39,092 bases of DNA from an uncultured Streptococcus sp. (GTDB taxonomy: Bacteria > Bacillota > Bacilli > Lactobacillales > Streptococcaceae): the NCBI GenBank assembly GCA_915063165.1, contig CAJZDE010000001.1:1-39092 (forward strand). Direction: 5' to 3'. The notes beneath the pieces are model-generated. The model searched no databases and was not told where the DNA came from. It worked only from the letters and a program-made list of their open reading frames with translations. The translations under genes and the position numbers were made by a program. How positions within the stretch are numbered: position 1 is the stretch's first letter; every line of letters starts with the position of its first letter. Positions 10,446 through 21,055 of this stretch are shown one piece after another.

Positions 10446-11996
10446 TTGTCTAATATACCGATAAAAGATATGATTGAAACGATTGAGCACTTTGCTCAAA
10501 CACAACCAACATATCCTGTTTACAATGTTTTAGGCCAAGAACAAACTTATGGTGATCTGAAGACTGATTCAGATAGTTTAGCTGCAGCCATCGATCGACT
10601 TGATTTGCCTGAGAAATCTCCTGTTGTTGTCTATGGCGGACAGGAGTATGAGATGCTGGCTACCTTTGTTGCGCTGACTAAGTCGGGACATGCCTATATT
10701 CCAATTGATAGCCATTCGGCCTTGGAACGAGTCTCTGCTATCGTAGAAGTTGCAGAGCCAAGTTTGATTATTGCCATTTCAGAATTTCCATTAGAGCAAA
10801 CTAGCATACCGATGCTGAATTTGGAGCAAGTCCATGAAGCTTTTGCTCAAGCTTCTAGCTACGAGATGAACCATCCAGTCAAGGGAGATGACAACTACTA
10901 CATCATCTTTACTTCTGGTACGACTGGTAAGCCTAAGGGAGTGCAGATTTCCCATGATAATCTCCTCAGCTTTACCAACTGGATGATTACAGACAAGGAA
11001 TTTGCGACGCCGAGTCGTCCACAAATGCTGGCTCAGCCTCCTTATTCTTTTGATCTATCTGTCATGTATTGGGCACCAACCTTGGCACTGGGTGGTACGC
11101 TTTTCGCTCTTCCTTCAGCCATTACTCAGGACTTCAAAAAACTCTTTGCGACGATTTTTTCCTTGCCAATCGCTATCTGGACCTCAACACCGTCCTTTGC
11201 AGATATGGCCATGTTGTCAGAAGACTTTAATAGTGAGAAAATGCCAGGAATCACGCATTTCTACTTTGATGGGGAAGAATTGACGGTCAAAACAGCTCAA
11301 AAACTGCGTGAGCGTTTCCCAAATGCTCGTATTATCAATGCCTACGGTCCAACAGAAGCGACAGTAGCCCTGTCAGCAGTTGCCGTGACAGACGAGATGT
11401 TGACGACTCTCAAACGCCTGCCAATCGGCTATACCAAGTCGGATTCTCCGACCTTTGTCATTGATGAGGAAGGTAAGAAAGTTCCAAATGGTGAACAGGG
11501 AGAAATTATCGTTTCTGGGCCAGCTGTTTCAAAAGGCTATATGAATAATCCTGAAAAAACGGCAGAAGCTTTCTTTGAGTTCGAAGGCCTGCCAGCCTAC
11601 CACACAGGAGATATAGGAACCATGACAGATGAGGGCTTGCTTCTCTATGGTGGACGAATGGATTTCCAGATTAAGTTTAATGGTTATCGTATTGAGCTTG
11701 AAGATGTCTCTCAAAACCTCAACAAATCTCGCTTTATCGAGTCTGCTGTTGCTGTCCCGCGTTATAACAAGGACCACAAGGTACAAAATCTACTGGCCTA
11801 TGTCATCTTAAAAGATGGTGTTCGCGAGCAGTTTGAACGTGATATCGATATTACCAAGGCTATCAAGGAAGACCTAGCAGATATCATGATGTCTTATATG
11901 ATGCCGTCTAAGTTTCTCTATCGAGACAGTTTACCACTAACGCCTAATGGTAAGATTGACATCAAAGGCTTGATTAACGAGGTAAACAGCCGATGA
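10446..11996 (+). CDS. dltA: D-alanine--D-alanyl carrier protein ligase
   Basis: [40 protein letters not shown] start. Confidence 0.97.
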   Translation: MSNIPIKDMIETIEHFAQTQPTYPVYNVLGQEQTYGDLKTDSDSLAAAIDRLDLPEKSPVVVYGGQEYEMLATFVALTKSGHAYIPIDSHSALERVSAIVEVAEPSLIIAISEFPLEQTSIPMLNLEQVHEAFAQASSYEMNHPVKGDDNYYIIFTSGTTGKPKGVQISHDNLLSFTNWMITDKEFATPSRPQMLAQPPYSFDLSVMYWAPTLALGGTLFALPSAITQDFKKLFATIFSLPIAIWTSTPSFADMAMLSEDFNSEKMPGITHFYFDGEELTVKTAQKLRERFPNARIINAYGPTEATVALSAVAVTDEMLTTLKRLPIGYTKSDSPTFVIDEEGKKVPNGEQGEIIVSGPAVSKGYMNNPEKTAEAFFEFEGLPAYHTGDIGTMTDEGLLLYGGRMDFQIKFNGYRIELEDVSQNLNKSRFIESAVAVPRYNKDHKVQNLLAYVILKDGVREQFERDIDITKAIKEDLADIMMSYMMPSKFLYRDSLPLTPNGKIDIKGLINEVNSR

Positions 11997-13237
11997 TGGA
12001 GCTATATAAACAGCTACCTCATTTGGAACCTTATGGTGATCTTCAGTACTTTTTATACGTAATTGCTGCGACTTTACCTATCTTCATTGGTCTTTTTTTC
12101 AAGAAACGTTTTGCCTTGTACGAGGTGCTTGTTAGTCTCTTCTTTATCGTCACTATGTTGGTCGGTGGAAAGACGAATCAAATAAGCGCTCTTATCCTTT
12201 ATGTTATCTGGCAAGTACTTCTTGTATCTTTTTACAAAAGGTACAGGAAACAACGGGATAGTAAATGGATATTTTACCTGGTTAGTTTTCTATCCCTATT
12301 GCCTATTGTTTTTGTGAAAGTATCTCCTGCTATTCATGGACCTCAATCTTTGTTTGGATTTTTAGGGATTTCTTACTTAACCTTTCGTGCAGTTGGGGTT
12401 ATCGTTGAGTTGAGAGACGGTGTCATCAAGGATTTAACGATTTGGCAATTCTTACGTTTTCTTCTCTTTATGCCGACTTTCTCAAGTGGTCCCATTGATC
12501 GCTTTAAACGCTTCAATGAAAATTATGAGACCATTCCTGAGCGGGATGAGCTGATGGATATGCTAGAAGAGGCTGTCAAATATATCATGCTTGGCTTCCT
12601 CTACAAGTTTATCTTGGCTCACATTTTAGGAGAGACATTATTGCCTCCGCTGAAAAATTTGGCCTTGCAGACAGGTGGTTTCTTTAACCTTTACGCTTTA
12701 GCGGTCATGTACACCTTTGGTCTGGAGCTCTTCTTTGATTTTGCGGGCTACTCTATGTTTGCTTTAGCCATTTCAAACTTGATGGGTATTCATAGTCCTA
12801 TCAACTTTAACAAGCCCTTTTTGTCAAGGGATTTAAAAGAGTTTTGGAATCGCTGGCACATGAGTCTGTCTTTCTGGTTCCGTGACTTTGTCTTTATGCG
12901 GATGGTCATGGTTCTGACTAGAAAGAAGGTCTTTAAAAATCGCAATGTGACCTCAAGTGTAGCCTATATTGTCAACATGCTGATTATGGGATTTTGGCAT
13001 GGTGTGACCTGGTACTACATTGCCTATGGACTTTTTCATGGGATTGGGCTGGTCATCAATGATGCATGGGTTCGTAAGAAAAAAGCGCTCAATAAAGAAC
13101 GGAAAAAAGCTGGAAAGGGTTCCTTACCTGAGAATCGCTGGATTCAGTTGCTTGGCATGGTTGTCACCTTCCATGTCGTGATGGTTTCATTCTTAATCTT
13201 TTCGGGATTTTTGAATGATTTATGGTTTAAAAAATAA
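11993..13237 (+). CDS. dltB: MBOAT D-alanyl transfer protein DltB
   Basis: [29 protein letters not shown]. Confidence 0.97.
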   Translation: MMELYKQLPHLEPYGDLQYFLYVIAATLPIFIGLFFKKRFALYEVLVSLFFIVTMLVGGKTNQISALILYVIWQVLLVSFYKRYRKQRDSKWIFYLVSFLSLLPIVFVKVSPAIHGPQSLFGFLGISYLTFRAVGVIVELRDGVIKDLTIWQFLRFLLFMPTFSSGPIDRFKRFNENYETIPERDELMDMLEEAVKYIMLGFLYKFILAHILGETLLPPLKNLALQTGGFFNLYALAVMYTFGLELFFDFAGYSMFALAISNLMGIHSPINFNKPFLSRDLKEFWNRWHMSLSFWFRDFVFMRMVMVLTRKKVFKNRNVTSSVAYIVNMLIMGFWHGVTWYYIAYGLFHGIGLVINDAWVRKKKALNKERKKAGKGSLPENRWIQLLGMVVTFHVVMVSFLIFSGFLNDLWFKK

Positions 13238-13247
13238 AAGGATATAA

Positions 13248-14751
<1,504 letters not shown>

Positions 14752-14759
14752 AATGAGCT

Positions 14760-14790
14760 AAAAGTTTGGGATTTGAACCCAAGCTTTTTT
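14760..14790 (+). terminator. dlt terminator
   Basis: AAAAGTTTGGG...CCCAAGCTTTTTT hairpin. Confidence 0.7.
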
Positions 14791-14893
14791 GTTTAAATGG
14801 CGAATATTTAAGATGCAAATAGGTCAAAAGTTTCAAAATTTTTAGAAATAGCGTATAATATAAAAGAGAAAAAGAAAAGAAAGGGATTTTAAA

Positions 14894-16927
14894 ATGAACA
14901 AACGTTCTTTGTTACCTGTCTTATCGACAGCCCTGTTAGCTCCAGCCTTCTTAGCTGGACAAGTCTATGCTGAAGAAGCAACAACTCCTGCAGAAAGTTC
15001 AGCTGTTGTAGCGACTCCAGCTCCTGTTGAGAGCCCTACGGTACCGGAAACTTCGGCAACTTCAGAAGCGGTTGCACCTGCAGAAGCTCCGTCAGCTCCT
15101 GCTGAATCTACTAAAAGCGAAGAAAAGGACACCGTTATCTTACACACCAATGATGTCCATGGTCGTATTGTAGAGGAAAAGGGAGTAATTGGAGATGCCA
15201 AGTTAGCAACTGTCATTGAACAGGAGCGTGCGAAATCAAATCAAAATACTCTGGTTGTTGATGCGGGAGATGCTTTCCAAGGTTTACCGATTTCCAACTC
15301 TACGAAGGGTGAAGCGCGTGCTGAAATTCTCAATCAGATGCAGTATGATGCCATGGCAGTAGGAAACCATGAGTTTGACTTTGGTTTGGACGAAGCTAAG
15401 AAATACAAGGAAATCTTGAAATTCCCATTACTTAGTTCAAATACCTACGTCAATGGTGCTCGTCTCTTTGAAGCTTCTACAATCGTTGATAAAGATAAGA
15501 CTGTGGAAGGTGATGAGTTTGTTGTAATCGGCGTGACAACACCTGAAACTGCTACAAAAACCCACCCTAAAAACATTAAAGGGGTAACTTTTACAGATCC
15601 AATCTCTGAAGTCAATAAGGTCATCGAAGAAGTTCAAGCTAAGGCTCGTGCAGAAGGTAAGGACTACAAACACTATGTTGTGCTGGCTCACTTGGGTGTG
15701 GATACCACAACCCCAGTAGAATGGCGTGGTTCAACTTTGGCAGAAGCCTTGTCTAAAAATCCTCGTTTGAAAGGGAAACGCGTAACAGTAATCGACGGTC
15801 ACTCTCATACAGTAGAATCAACGACTTATGGAGACAATGTTACCTATAACCAAACTGGAAGCTACCTTCATAATGTAGGGAAAATCACCTACAAATCACG
15901 TCAGCTTTTGGGCAATCCAACTCAGATTCCGGCTGCTGATGCTAAAAAATTACCAGCCAATCCAACAGTTGAAAAACTAGTCAAAGACATTAAACAAAAA
16001 TACGATGCTGAAAATGCTGTTGAAGTCGTTTCAAACAGCCCTGTAGAACTCAACGGAGATCGTGAAAATGTTCGGGTTCGTGAAACCAACCTCGGAAACG
16101 TTGTAGCAGATTCTCTCTATCAGTATGGTCAGACAGGATTTAGCCATCCGACAGACATCGCTGTGACAAATGGTGGTGGCTTGCGTGAAACCATTGCAAA
16201 AGGCAAACCAATCACTAAAGGAAATGTCATTGCCGTTCTTCCTTTTGGAAATACCATCTCACAAATCCAAGTGACTGGGCAACAAGTTTTGGATATGTTT
16301 GAAAAGTCACTCGGCTCTATCTTGCAGGTCGATAAGGATGGCAAGAAGGTCTTGGATGAGAACGGCCAACCATTGCTAGAACCAAGTGGTGGCTTCTTGC
16401 AAGTTTCAGGTGTGAAGGTCTACTATGATACTAATCTACCATCAGGAAAACGTGTCTTGGCCATCCAGGTCAAAAACCGCACGACTGGTCGTTATGATCT
16501 CCTAGACCTCGCAAAAACTTACTATCTTGCAACCAATGATTTCCTAGCTGCGGGTGGTGATGGCTACACTATGTTGGGTGGCGCTCGTGAAGAAGGCCCA
16601 TCTATGGATGCTGCCTTTGAAGAGTATCTGAAAACCGCTGATTTGACCCAGTATGAAAAGATTAATCCGAACTCACGGACGATTTCTGTGGATTCTACAA
16701 CTTTTAGTCTGCCGGTAGAAACACCTCAAACGAATGCGGCTGCTAACGATGCGACTACAAATGTGCCATTGACTTATGAGGTGGCAGGTCAATTTAGCAA
16801 GAAGGCAGTTGTCTCAGAAAAAGCCCTCCCAAATACAGGAAGCGAACAGTCCATCTTCTTGCTCTTAATGGGAATGGTAGCTGGTTTGGCAGGTATCTTG
16901 TCGAGTCGAAAACCAAAGCAAAAATAG
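14894..16927 (+). CDS. Cell-wall-anchored (LPNTG) ecto-5'-nucleotidase, Nt5e/AdsA-like
   Basis: Signal peptide, P/A/E/T-rich linker, LHTNDVHG, DAGDAFQG, GNHEFDFG, DGHSH, NGGGLR, GGDGY, then LPNTG, TM and basic tail. Candidate promoter TTTCAA-17-TATAAT at 14831-14859. Confidence 0.92.
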   Translation: MNKRSLLPVLSTALLAPAFLAGQVYAEEATTPAESSAVVATPAPVESPTVPETSATSEAVAPAEAPSAPAESTKSEEKDTVILHTNDVHGRIVEEKGVIGDAKLATVIEQERAKSNQNTLVVDAGDAFQGLPISNSTKGEARAEILNQMQYDAMAVGNHEFDFGLDEAKKYKEILKFPLLSSNTYVNGARLFEASTIVDKDKTVEGDEFVVIGVTTPETATKTHPKNIKGVTFTDPISEVNKVIEEVQAKARAEGKDYKHYVVLAHLGVDTTTPVEWRGSTLAEALSKNPRLKGKRVTVIDGHSHTVESTTYGDNVTYNQTGSYLHNVGKITYKSRQLLGNPTQIPAADAKKLPANPTVEKLVKDIKQKYDAENAVEVVSNSPVELNGDRENVRVRETNLGNVVADSLYQYGQTGFSHPTDIAVTNGGGLRETIAKGKPITKGNVIAVLPFGNTISQIQVTGQQVLDMFEKSLGSILQVDKDGKKVLDENGQPLLEPSGGFLQVSGVKVYYDTNLPSGKRVLAIQVKNRTTGRYDLLDLAKTYYLATNDFLAAGGDGYTMLGGAREEGPSMDAAFEEYLKTADLTQYEKINPNSRTISVDSTTFSLPVETPQTNAAANDATTNVPLTYEVAGQFSKKAVVSEKALPNTGSEQSIFLLLMGMVAGLAGILSSRKPKQK

Positions 16928-16945
16928 GTTAAATTTCATATCTAG

Positions 16946-16993
16946 AAGAGTCTAGGGAAACGTTTTTACGCCTTTTTCCCTTGACTCTTTTTT
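16946..16993 (+). terminator. Nucleotidase terminator overlapping the adcR -35
   Basis: AAGAGTCTAGGGAAA...TTTCCCTTGACTCTT followed by a T-run. Confidence 0.7.
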
Positions 16994-17019
16994 GGTTTAT
17001 GATATAATTAACCAGTAAA
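16981..17019 (+). promoter_or_regulatory. adc promoter with AdcR operator
   Basis: TTGACT, 16 nt, TGaTATAAT (-10 at 17003-17008). TTAACCAGTAAA at 17008-17019 matches TTAACYRGTTAA with one mismatch. Confidence 0.85.
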
Positions 17020-17076
17020 GAATCGGTAGCTATCTATGTTTTTTTACGAAAAAGATAGCTAGGGAAGGAGTAACAC

Positions 17077-17517
17077 ATGAGACAGCTTGCGCAGGAAATC
17101 GATAACTTTTTAAACGAGGTGATCTTGAGATCTGAGAACCAGCATGAAATTCTAATCGGGCATTGCACGAGTGACGTTGCCTTGACCAATACTCAGGAAC
17201 ACATCCTTATGCTCTTGTCGGAAGAATCCCTAACCAACTCGGAGTTGGCCCGTCGCCTTAATGTCAGTCAGGCGGCAGTGACCAAGGCTATCAAATCTTT
17301 GGTCAAAGAGGCCATGTTAGAGACATCGAGAGATCCAAAGGATGCGCGTGTGATCTTTTATCAACTGACAGAGCTAGCTCGACCGGTGGCAGAGGAACAC
17401 CACCATCATCATGAACACACGCTCTCAGCCTATGAACAAGTAGCAAATCAGTTTACTCCAAATGAACAAGAAGTCATCCAGCGGTTTTTAACTGCTTTAG
17501 TAGGAGAAATCAAATAA
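17077..17517 (+). CDS. adcR: Zinc-dependent MarR-family repressor AdcR
   Basis: [20 protein letters not shown] and a His-rich stretch. Confidence 0.96.
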   Translation: MRQLAQEIDNFLNEVILRSENQHEILIGHCTSDVALTNTQEHILMLLSEESLTNSELARRLNVSQAAVTKAIKSLVKEAMLETSRDPKDARVIFYQLTELARPVAEEHHHHHEHTLSAYEQVANQFTPNEQEVIQRFLTALVGEIK

Positions 17518-18221
17518 TGCGGTATATTACAGTAGAGGACTTGTCTTTCTATTATGACAAAGAGCCTGTCCTCGAGCACATCAACTACAGTGTTGATAGT
17601 GGGGAGTTTGTCACCCTGACTGGTGAAAATGGGGCTGCCAAGACGACGCTTATCAAGGCGAGTCTGGGCATCTTGCAGCCGAGACTTGGCAAGGTAACCA
17701 TCTCAAAGACAAACACTCATGGTAAAAAGCTTAGGATAGCTTATCTTCCTCAGCAGATTGCCAGTTTTAATGCTGGTTTTCCAAGTACAGTTTATGAATT
17801 TGTCAAGTCGGGTCGCTATCCGCGAAAGGGCTGGTTCCGTCGTTTGAATGCCCACGATGAGGAGCATATCAAGGCCAGTCTAGACTCAGTTGGTATGTGG
17901 GAACACCGTGATAAACGAATTGGCTCCCTCTCTGGTGGGCAAAAGCAACGGGCGGTTATTGCACGGATGTTTGCTTCTGACCCAGATATCTTTGTCTTGG
18001 ATGAGCCGACGACAGGGATGGATGCTGGAAGCAAAAATGAATTTTACGAACTCATGCACCACAGCGCTCATCATCATGGCAAGGCCGTTTTGATGATTAC
18101 CCATGATCCTGAGGAGGTCAAGGACTATGCGGATCGCAATATTCATCTAGTCCGTAACCAAGACTCGCCATGGCGTTGTTTCAACGTTCACGAAAGCGAC
18201 CAGGAGGTGGAACATGCTTAG
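17517..18221 (+). CDS. adcC: Zinc ABC transporter ATPase
   Basis: GENGAAKT Walker [14 protein letters not shown]. Confidence 0.96.
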   Translation: MRYITVEDLSFYYDKEPVLEHINYSVDSGEFVTLTGENGAAKTTLIKASLGILQPRLGKVTISKTNTHGKKLRIAYLPQQIASFNAGFPSTVYEFVKSGRYPRKGWFRRLNAHDEEHIKASLDSVGMWEHRDKRIGSLSGGQKQRAVIARMFASDPDIFVLDEPTTGMDAGSKNEFYELMHHSAHHHGKAVLMITHDPEEVKDYADRNIHLVRNQDSPWRCFNVHESDQEVEHA

Positions 18222-19020
18222 TTTGTTATCTTATGACTTCATGCAGCGTGCCTTCTTGGCGGTCATTGCCATGAGTCTCTTTTCTCCAGTTCTTGGAACC
18301 TTCCTTATCTTGCGTCGTCAGAGTCTCATGAGTGATACACTCAGTCACGTTTCTCTATCAGGGGTAGCCTTTGGTCTGGTTTTGGGGATTTCTCCAACTA
18401 TTTCAACCATTGCTATCGTCTTGATCGCTGCGGTCTTTCTAGAGTATCTCCGGACAGTCTATAAGAACTTTATGGAAATAGGAACTGCCATCCTCATGTC
18501 TACAGGGCTTGCAGTCTCCCTTATCGTGATGAGTAAGGGTAAAAGTTCGAGCTCCATGAGTTTGGACCAGTACCTTTTTGGTTCGATTGTGACTATTAGC
18601 CAGGAACAGGTGATTTTCCTCTTTGCCATTGCTGTGGTTGTTTTACTCTTGACTTTCTTATTCTTGCGTCCAATGTATATCCTGACTTTTGATGAGGACA
18701 CGGCCTTTGTGGATGGCTTGCCAGTTCGTACCATGTCTATCCTCTTTAACATGGTGACAGGAGTGGCCATTGCCCTTATGATTCCAGCAGCAGGAGCTCT
18801 TTTGGTATCGACCATTATGGTCTTGCCAGCTAGTATTGCCCTTCGTCTGGGGAAAAACTTCAAATCCGTTATGTTACTAGCCAGCGCTATTGGCTTTTTG
18901 GGAATGGTGGCAGGACTTTATATTTCCTACTATGCGGAAACACCTGCCAGCGCTAGTATCACCATTATCTTTGTAGCTGTCTTTTTGTTAGTTAGTCTAC
19001 TGAAACGTTTTATCAAATAG
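18214..19020 (+). CDS. adcB: Zinc ABC transporter permease
   Basis: [17 protein letters not shown], hydrophobic throughout. Confidence 0.96.
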   Translation: MLSLLSYDFMQRAFLAVIAMSLFSPVLGTFLILRRQSLMSDTLSHVSLSGVAFGLVLGISPTISTIAIVLIAAVFLEYLRTVYKNFMEIGTAILMSTGLAVSLIVMSKGKSSSSMSLDQYLFGSIVTISQEQVIFLFAIAVVVLLLTFLFLRPMYILTFDEDTAFVDGLPVRTMSILFNMVTGVAIALMIPAAGALLVSTIMVLPASIALRLGKNFKSVMLLASAIGFLGMVAGLYISYYAETPASASITIIFVAVFLLVSLLKRFIK

Positions 19021-19029
19021 GAGAATGAA

Positions 19030-20535
19030 ATGAAAAAACTGAGCTTACTACTGGCTAGTCTATGTGCCCTGTTTTTAGTGGCTTGTTCCAATCAAAAACA
19101 GGCAGATGGGAAATTAAATATCGTGACAACCTTTTACCCTGTCTACGAATTTACCAAGCAAGTCGCAGGAGATACTGCTAATGTAGAACTTCTAATTGGT
19201 GCTGGTACAGAACCTCACGAATATGAACCGTCTGCCAAGGCAGTTGCCAAAATCCAAGACGCAGATACCTTTGTCTATGAAAATGAAAATATGGAAACTT
19301 GGGTTCCAAAATTGTTAGAATCCTTGGATAAGAAAAAAGTGAAAACTATCAAGGCGACAGGTGATATGCTCCTCTTGCCAGGTGGTGAGGAAGAAGAGGA
19401 AGGGCATGATCATAGCGGCGAGGGTCACCATCACGACTACGATCCTCATGTTTGGCTTTCACCAGCACGCGCCATTAAACTAGTAGAGCATATCCGTGAC
19501 AGCTTGTCAGCAGATTATCCTGATAAAAAAGAGACTTTTGAGAAGAATGCAGCTGCCTATATTGAAAAACTGCAAGCATTGGACAAGGCCTACACAGAAG
19601 GCTTGTCTCAAGCTAAACAAAAGAGCTTTGTGACCCAGCACGCTGCCTTTAACTATCTTGCCTTGGACTACGGTCTCAAGCAAGTATCTATCTCAGGTCT
19701 CTCACCAGATGCAGAGCCATCAGCAGCACGTTTGGCAGAATTGACAGAGTATATCAAGAAAAACAAGATTTCTTATATCTACTTTGAAGAAAATGCCTCA
19801 CAAGCCCTAGCTAATACACTCTCAAAAGAAACAGGTGTCAAACTAGACGTGCTCAATCCGCTAGAAAGTCTGACAGAAGAAGCAACCAAGGCTGGTGAGG
19901 ACTATATCTCCGTGATGGAGAAAAACCTCAAAGCTTTGAAACAGACAACGGACCAAGAAGGACCAGAAATCGAGCCAGAGAAGGAAGAAAACACCAAGAC
20001 AGTTCACAATGGTTACTTTGAGGATGCAGATGTCAAAGATCGTACCTTGAGTGACTATGTAGGCAACTGGCAGTCAGTTTATCCTTTCCTTGAGGATGGA
20101 ACCTTCGATCAAGTCTTTGACTACAAGGCTAAGTTGACTGGTAAGATGACCAAGGATGAGTACAAGGCCTACTATAGAAAAGGCTATCAGACAGATGTGA
20201 CCAAAATCAACATCACGGACAACACTATGGAATTTGTTCAAGGTGGCCAAAGCAAGAAATTCACCTACAAGTATGTCGGCAAGAAAATCTTGACTTATAA
20301 GAAAGGCAATCGTGGCGTGCGCTTCCTCTTTGAAGCGACAGATGCGGATGCTGGACAGTTCAAGTATGTTCAGTTTAGTGACCACAATATCGCCCCAGTT
20401 AAGGCAGAACATTTCCATATCTTCTTTGGAGGTACTAGCCAAGAAGCCCTCTTTGAAGAGATGGATAATTGGCCAACCTACTACTCAGATAACCTATCTG
20501 GCCAAGAAATCGCCCAAGAAATGTTGGCGCATTGA
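19030..20535 (+). CDS. adcA: Zinc-binding lipoprotein AdcA with ZinT domain
   Basis: Lipobox LVAC, EPHEYEPS, His-rich loop, DPHVWLSP, C-terminal ZinT (HFHIFFG, EMLAH). Confidence 0.96.
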   Translation: MKKLSLLLASLCALFLVACSNQKQADGKLNIVTTFYPVYEFTKQVAGDTANVELLIGAGTEPHEYEPSAKAVAKIQDADTFVYENENMETWVPKLLESLDKKKVKTIKATGDMLLLPGGEEEEEGHDHSGEGHHHDYDPHVWLSPARAIKLVEHIRDSLSADYPDKKETFEKNAAAYIEKLQALDKAYTEGLSQAKQKSFVTQHAAFNYLALDYGLKQVSISGLSPDAEPSAARLAELTEYIKKNKISYIYFEENASQALANTLSKETGVKLDVLNPLESLTEEATKAGEDYISVMEKNLKALKQTTDQEGPEIEPEKEENTKTVHNGYFEDADVKDRTLSDYVGNWQSVYPFLEDGTFDQVFDYKAKLTGKMTKDEYKAYYRKGYQTDVTKINITDNTMEFVQGGQSKKFTYKYVGKKILTYKKGNRGVRFLFEATDADAGQFKYVQFSDHNIAPVKAEHFHIFFGGTSQEALFEEMDNWPTYYSDNLSGQEIAQEMLAH

Positions 20536-20543
20536 TGCAAGAG

Positions 20544-20571
20544 AAGATCCCGCAAATCTGCGGGATTTTTT
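20544..20571 (+). terminator. adc terminator
   Basis: AAGATCCCGCA-aatc-TGCGGGATTTT followed by more Ts. Confidence 0.85.
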
Positions 20572-20615
20572 GCTGGAAACGATTAGGTTGTTGGTATTAT
20601 AGTACCACAGCTGTG

Positions 20616-21039
20616 CTGTTCACAATGTGATAAAGAGGTCATTTTCTACTGGCTGATTCTCACTAGCTGGCGAATGCAAAAGCTAGGATTGTACAAATTA
20701 TAGAATCTTTTCAGGGGATTTAGGAAGGAGTCTTAGTCATATTGACGCTGCTATCGCTTTTTGTTATAGTCAAAGAGAGAGCGGTCTGGAACACTAGTTT
20801 ATTCACAGTCTGTGGATAAGTCTAGAAGGAAATGACATACAACTCAGGGAGTTGAAGTATCCTGAAAATAGTTCCGTATGTTAGTGAATTTCTGGAAATT
20901 TAGTAGAAACCCTAGTACAGAGCCATTTGACAAAGGTGTGTTTAGCGTGAAGGCTTCCAAGTCTAAGAGCTGGATTTTGGAGAAACTAGTTTTTAGGCAT
21001 GTTTTCTTATCCACAAGTTGTGGATAACTTTGTGAACAA
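20616..21039. promoter_or_regulatory. Cluster of DnaA boxes in inverted pairs
   Basis: TTATTCACA 20799-20807 / TGTGGATAA 20811-20819; TTATCCACA 21007-21015 / TGTGGATAA 21019-21027 / TGTGAACAA 21031-21039; weaker pair CTGTTCACA 20616-20624 / TGTGATAAA 20626-20634. Confidence 0.8.
20742..20770 (+). promoter_or_regulatory. Near-consensus sigma-A promoter
   Basis: TTGACG, 17 nt, TATAGT with extended TG. Confidence 0.65.
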
Positions 21040-21055
21040 GAGAAAGAGATGTGAG

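Noticed and set aside
14837..14851. CodY-like motif upstream of the nucleotidase
   Set aside because: Four mismatches to consensus.
17045..17052. Combox-like TACGAAAA in the adcR leader (also AACGAATA near 29057)
   Set aside because: One mismatch each in an 8-mer, which is expected by chance in AT-rich DNA.
20600..21040. Possible oriC or plasmid/ICE origin
   Set aside because: No dnaA, dnaN, rep or integrase nearby and no clear DnaA-trio or unwinding element; kept only as an extra-origin box cluster.
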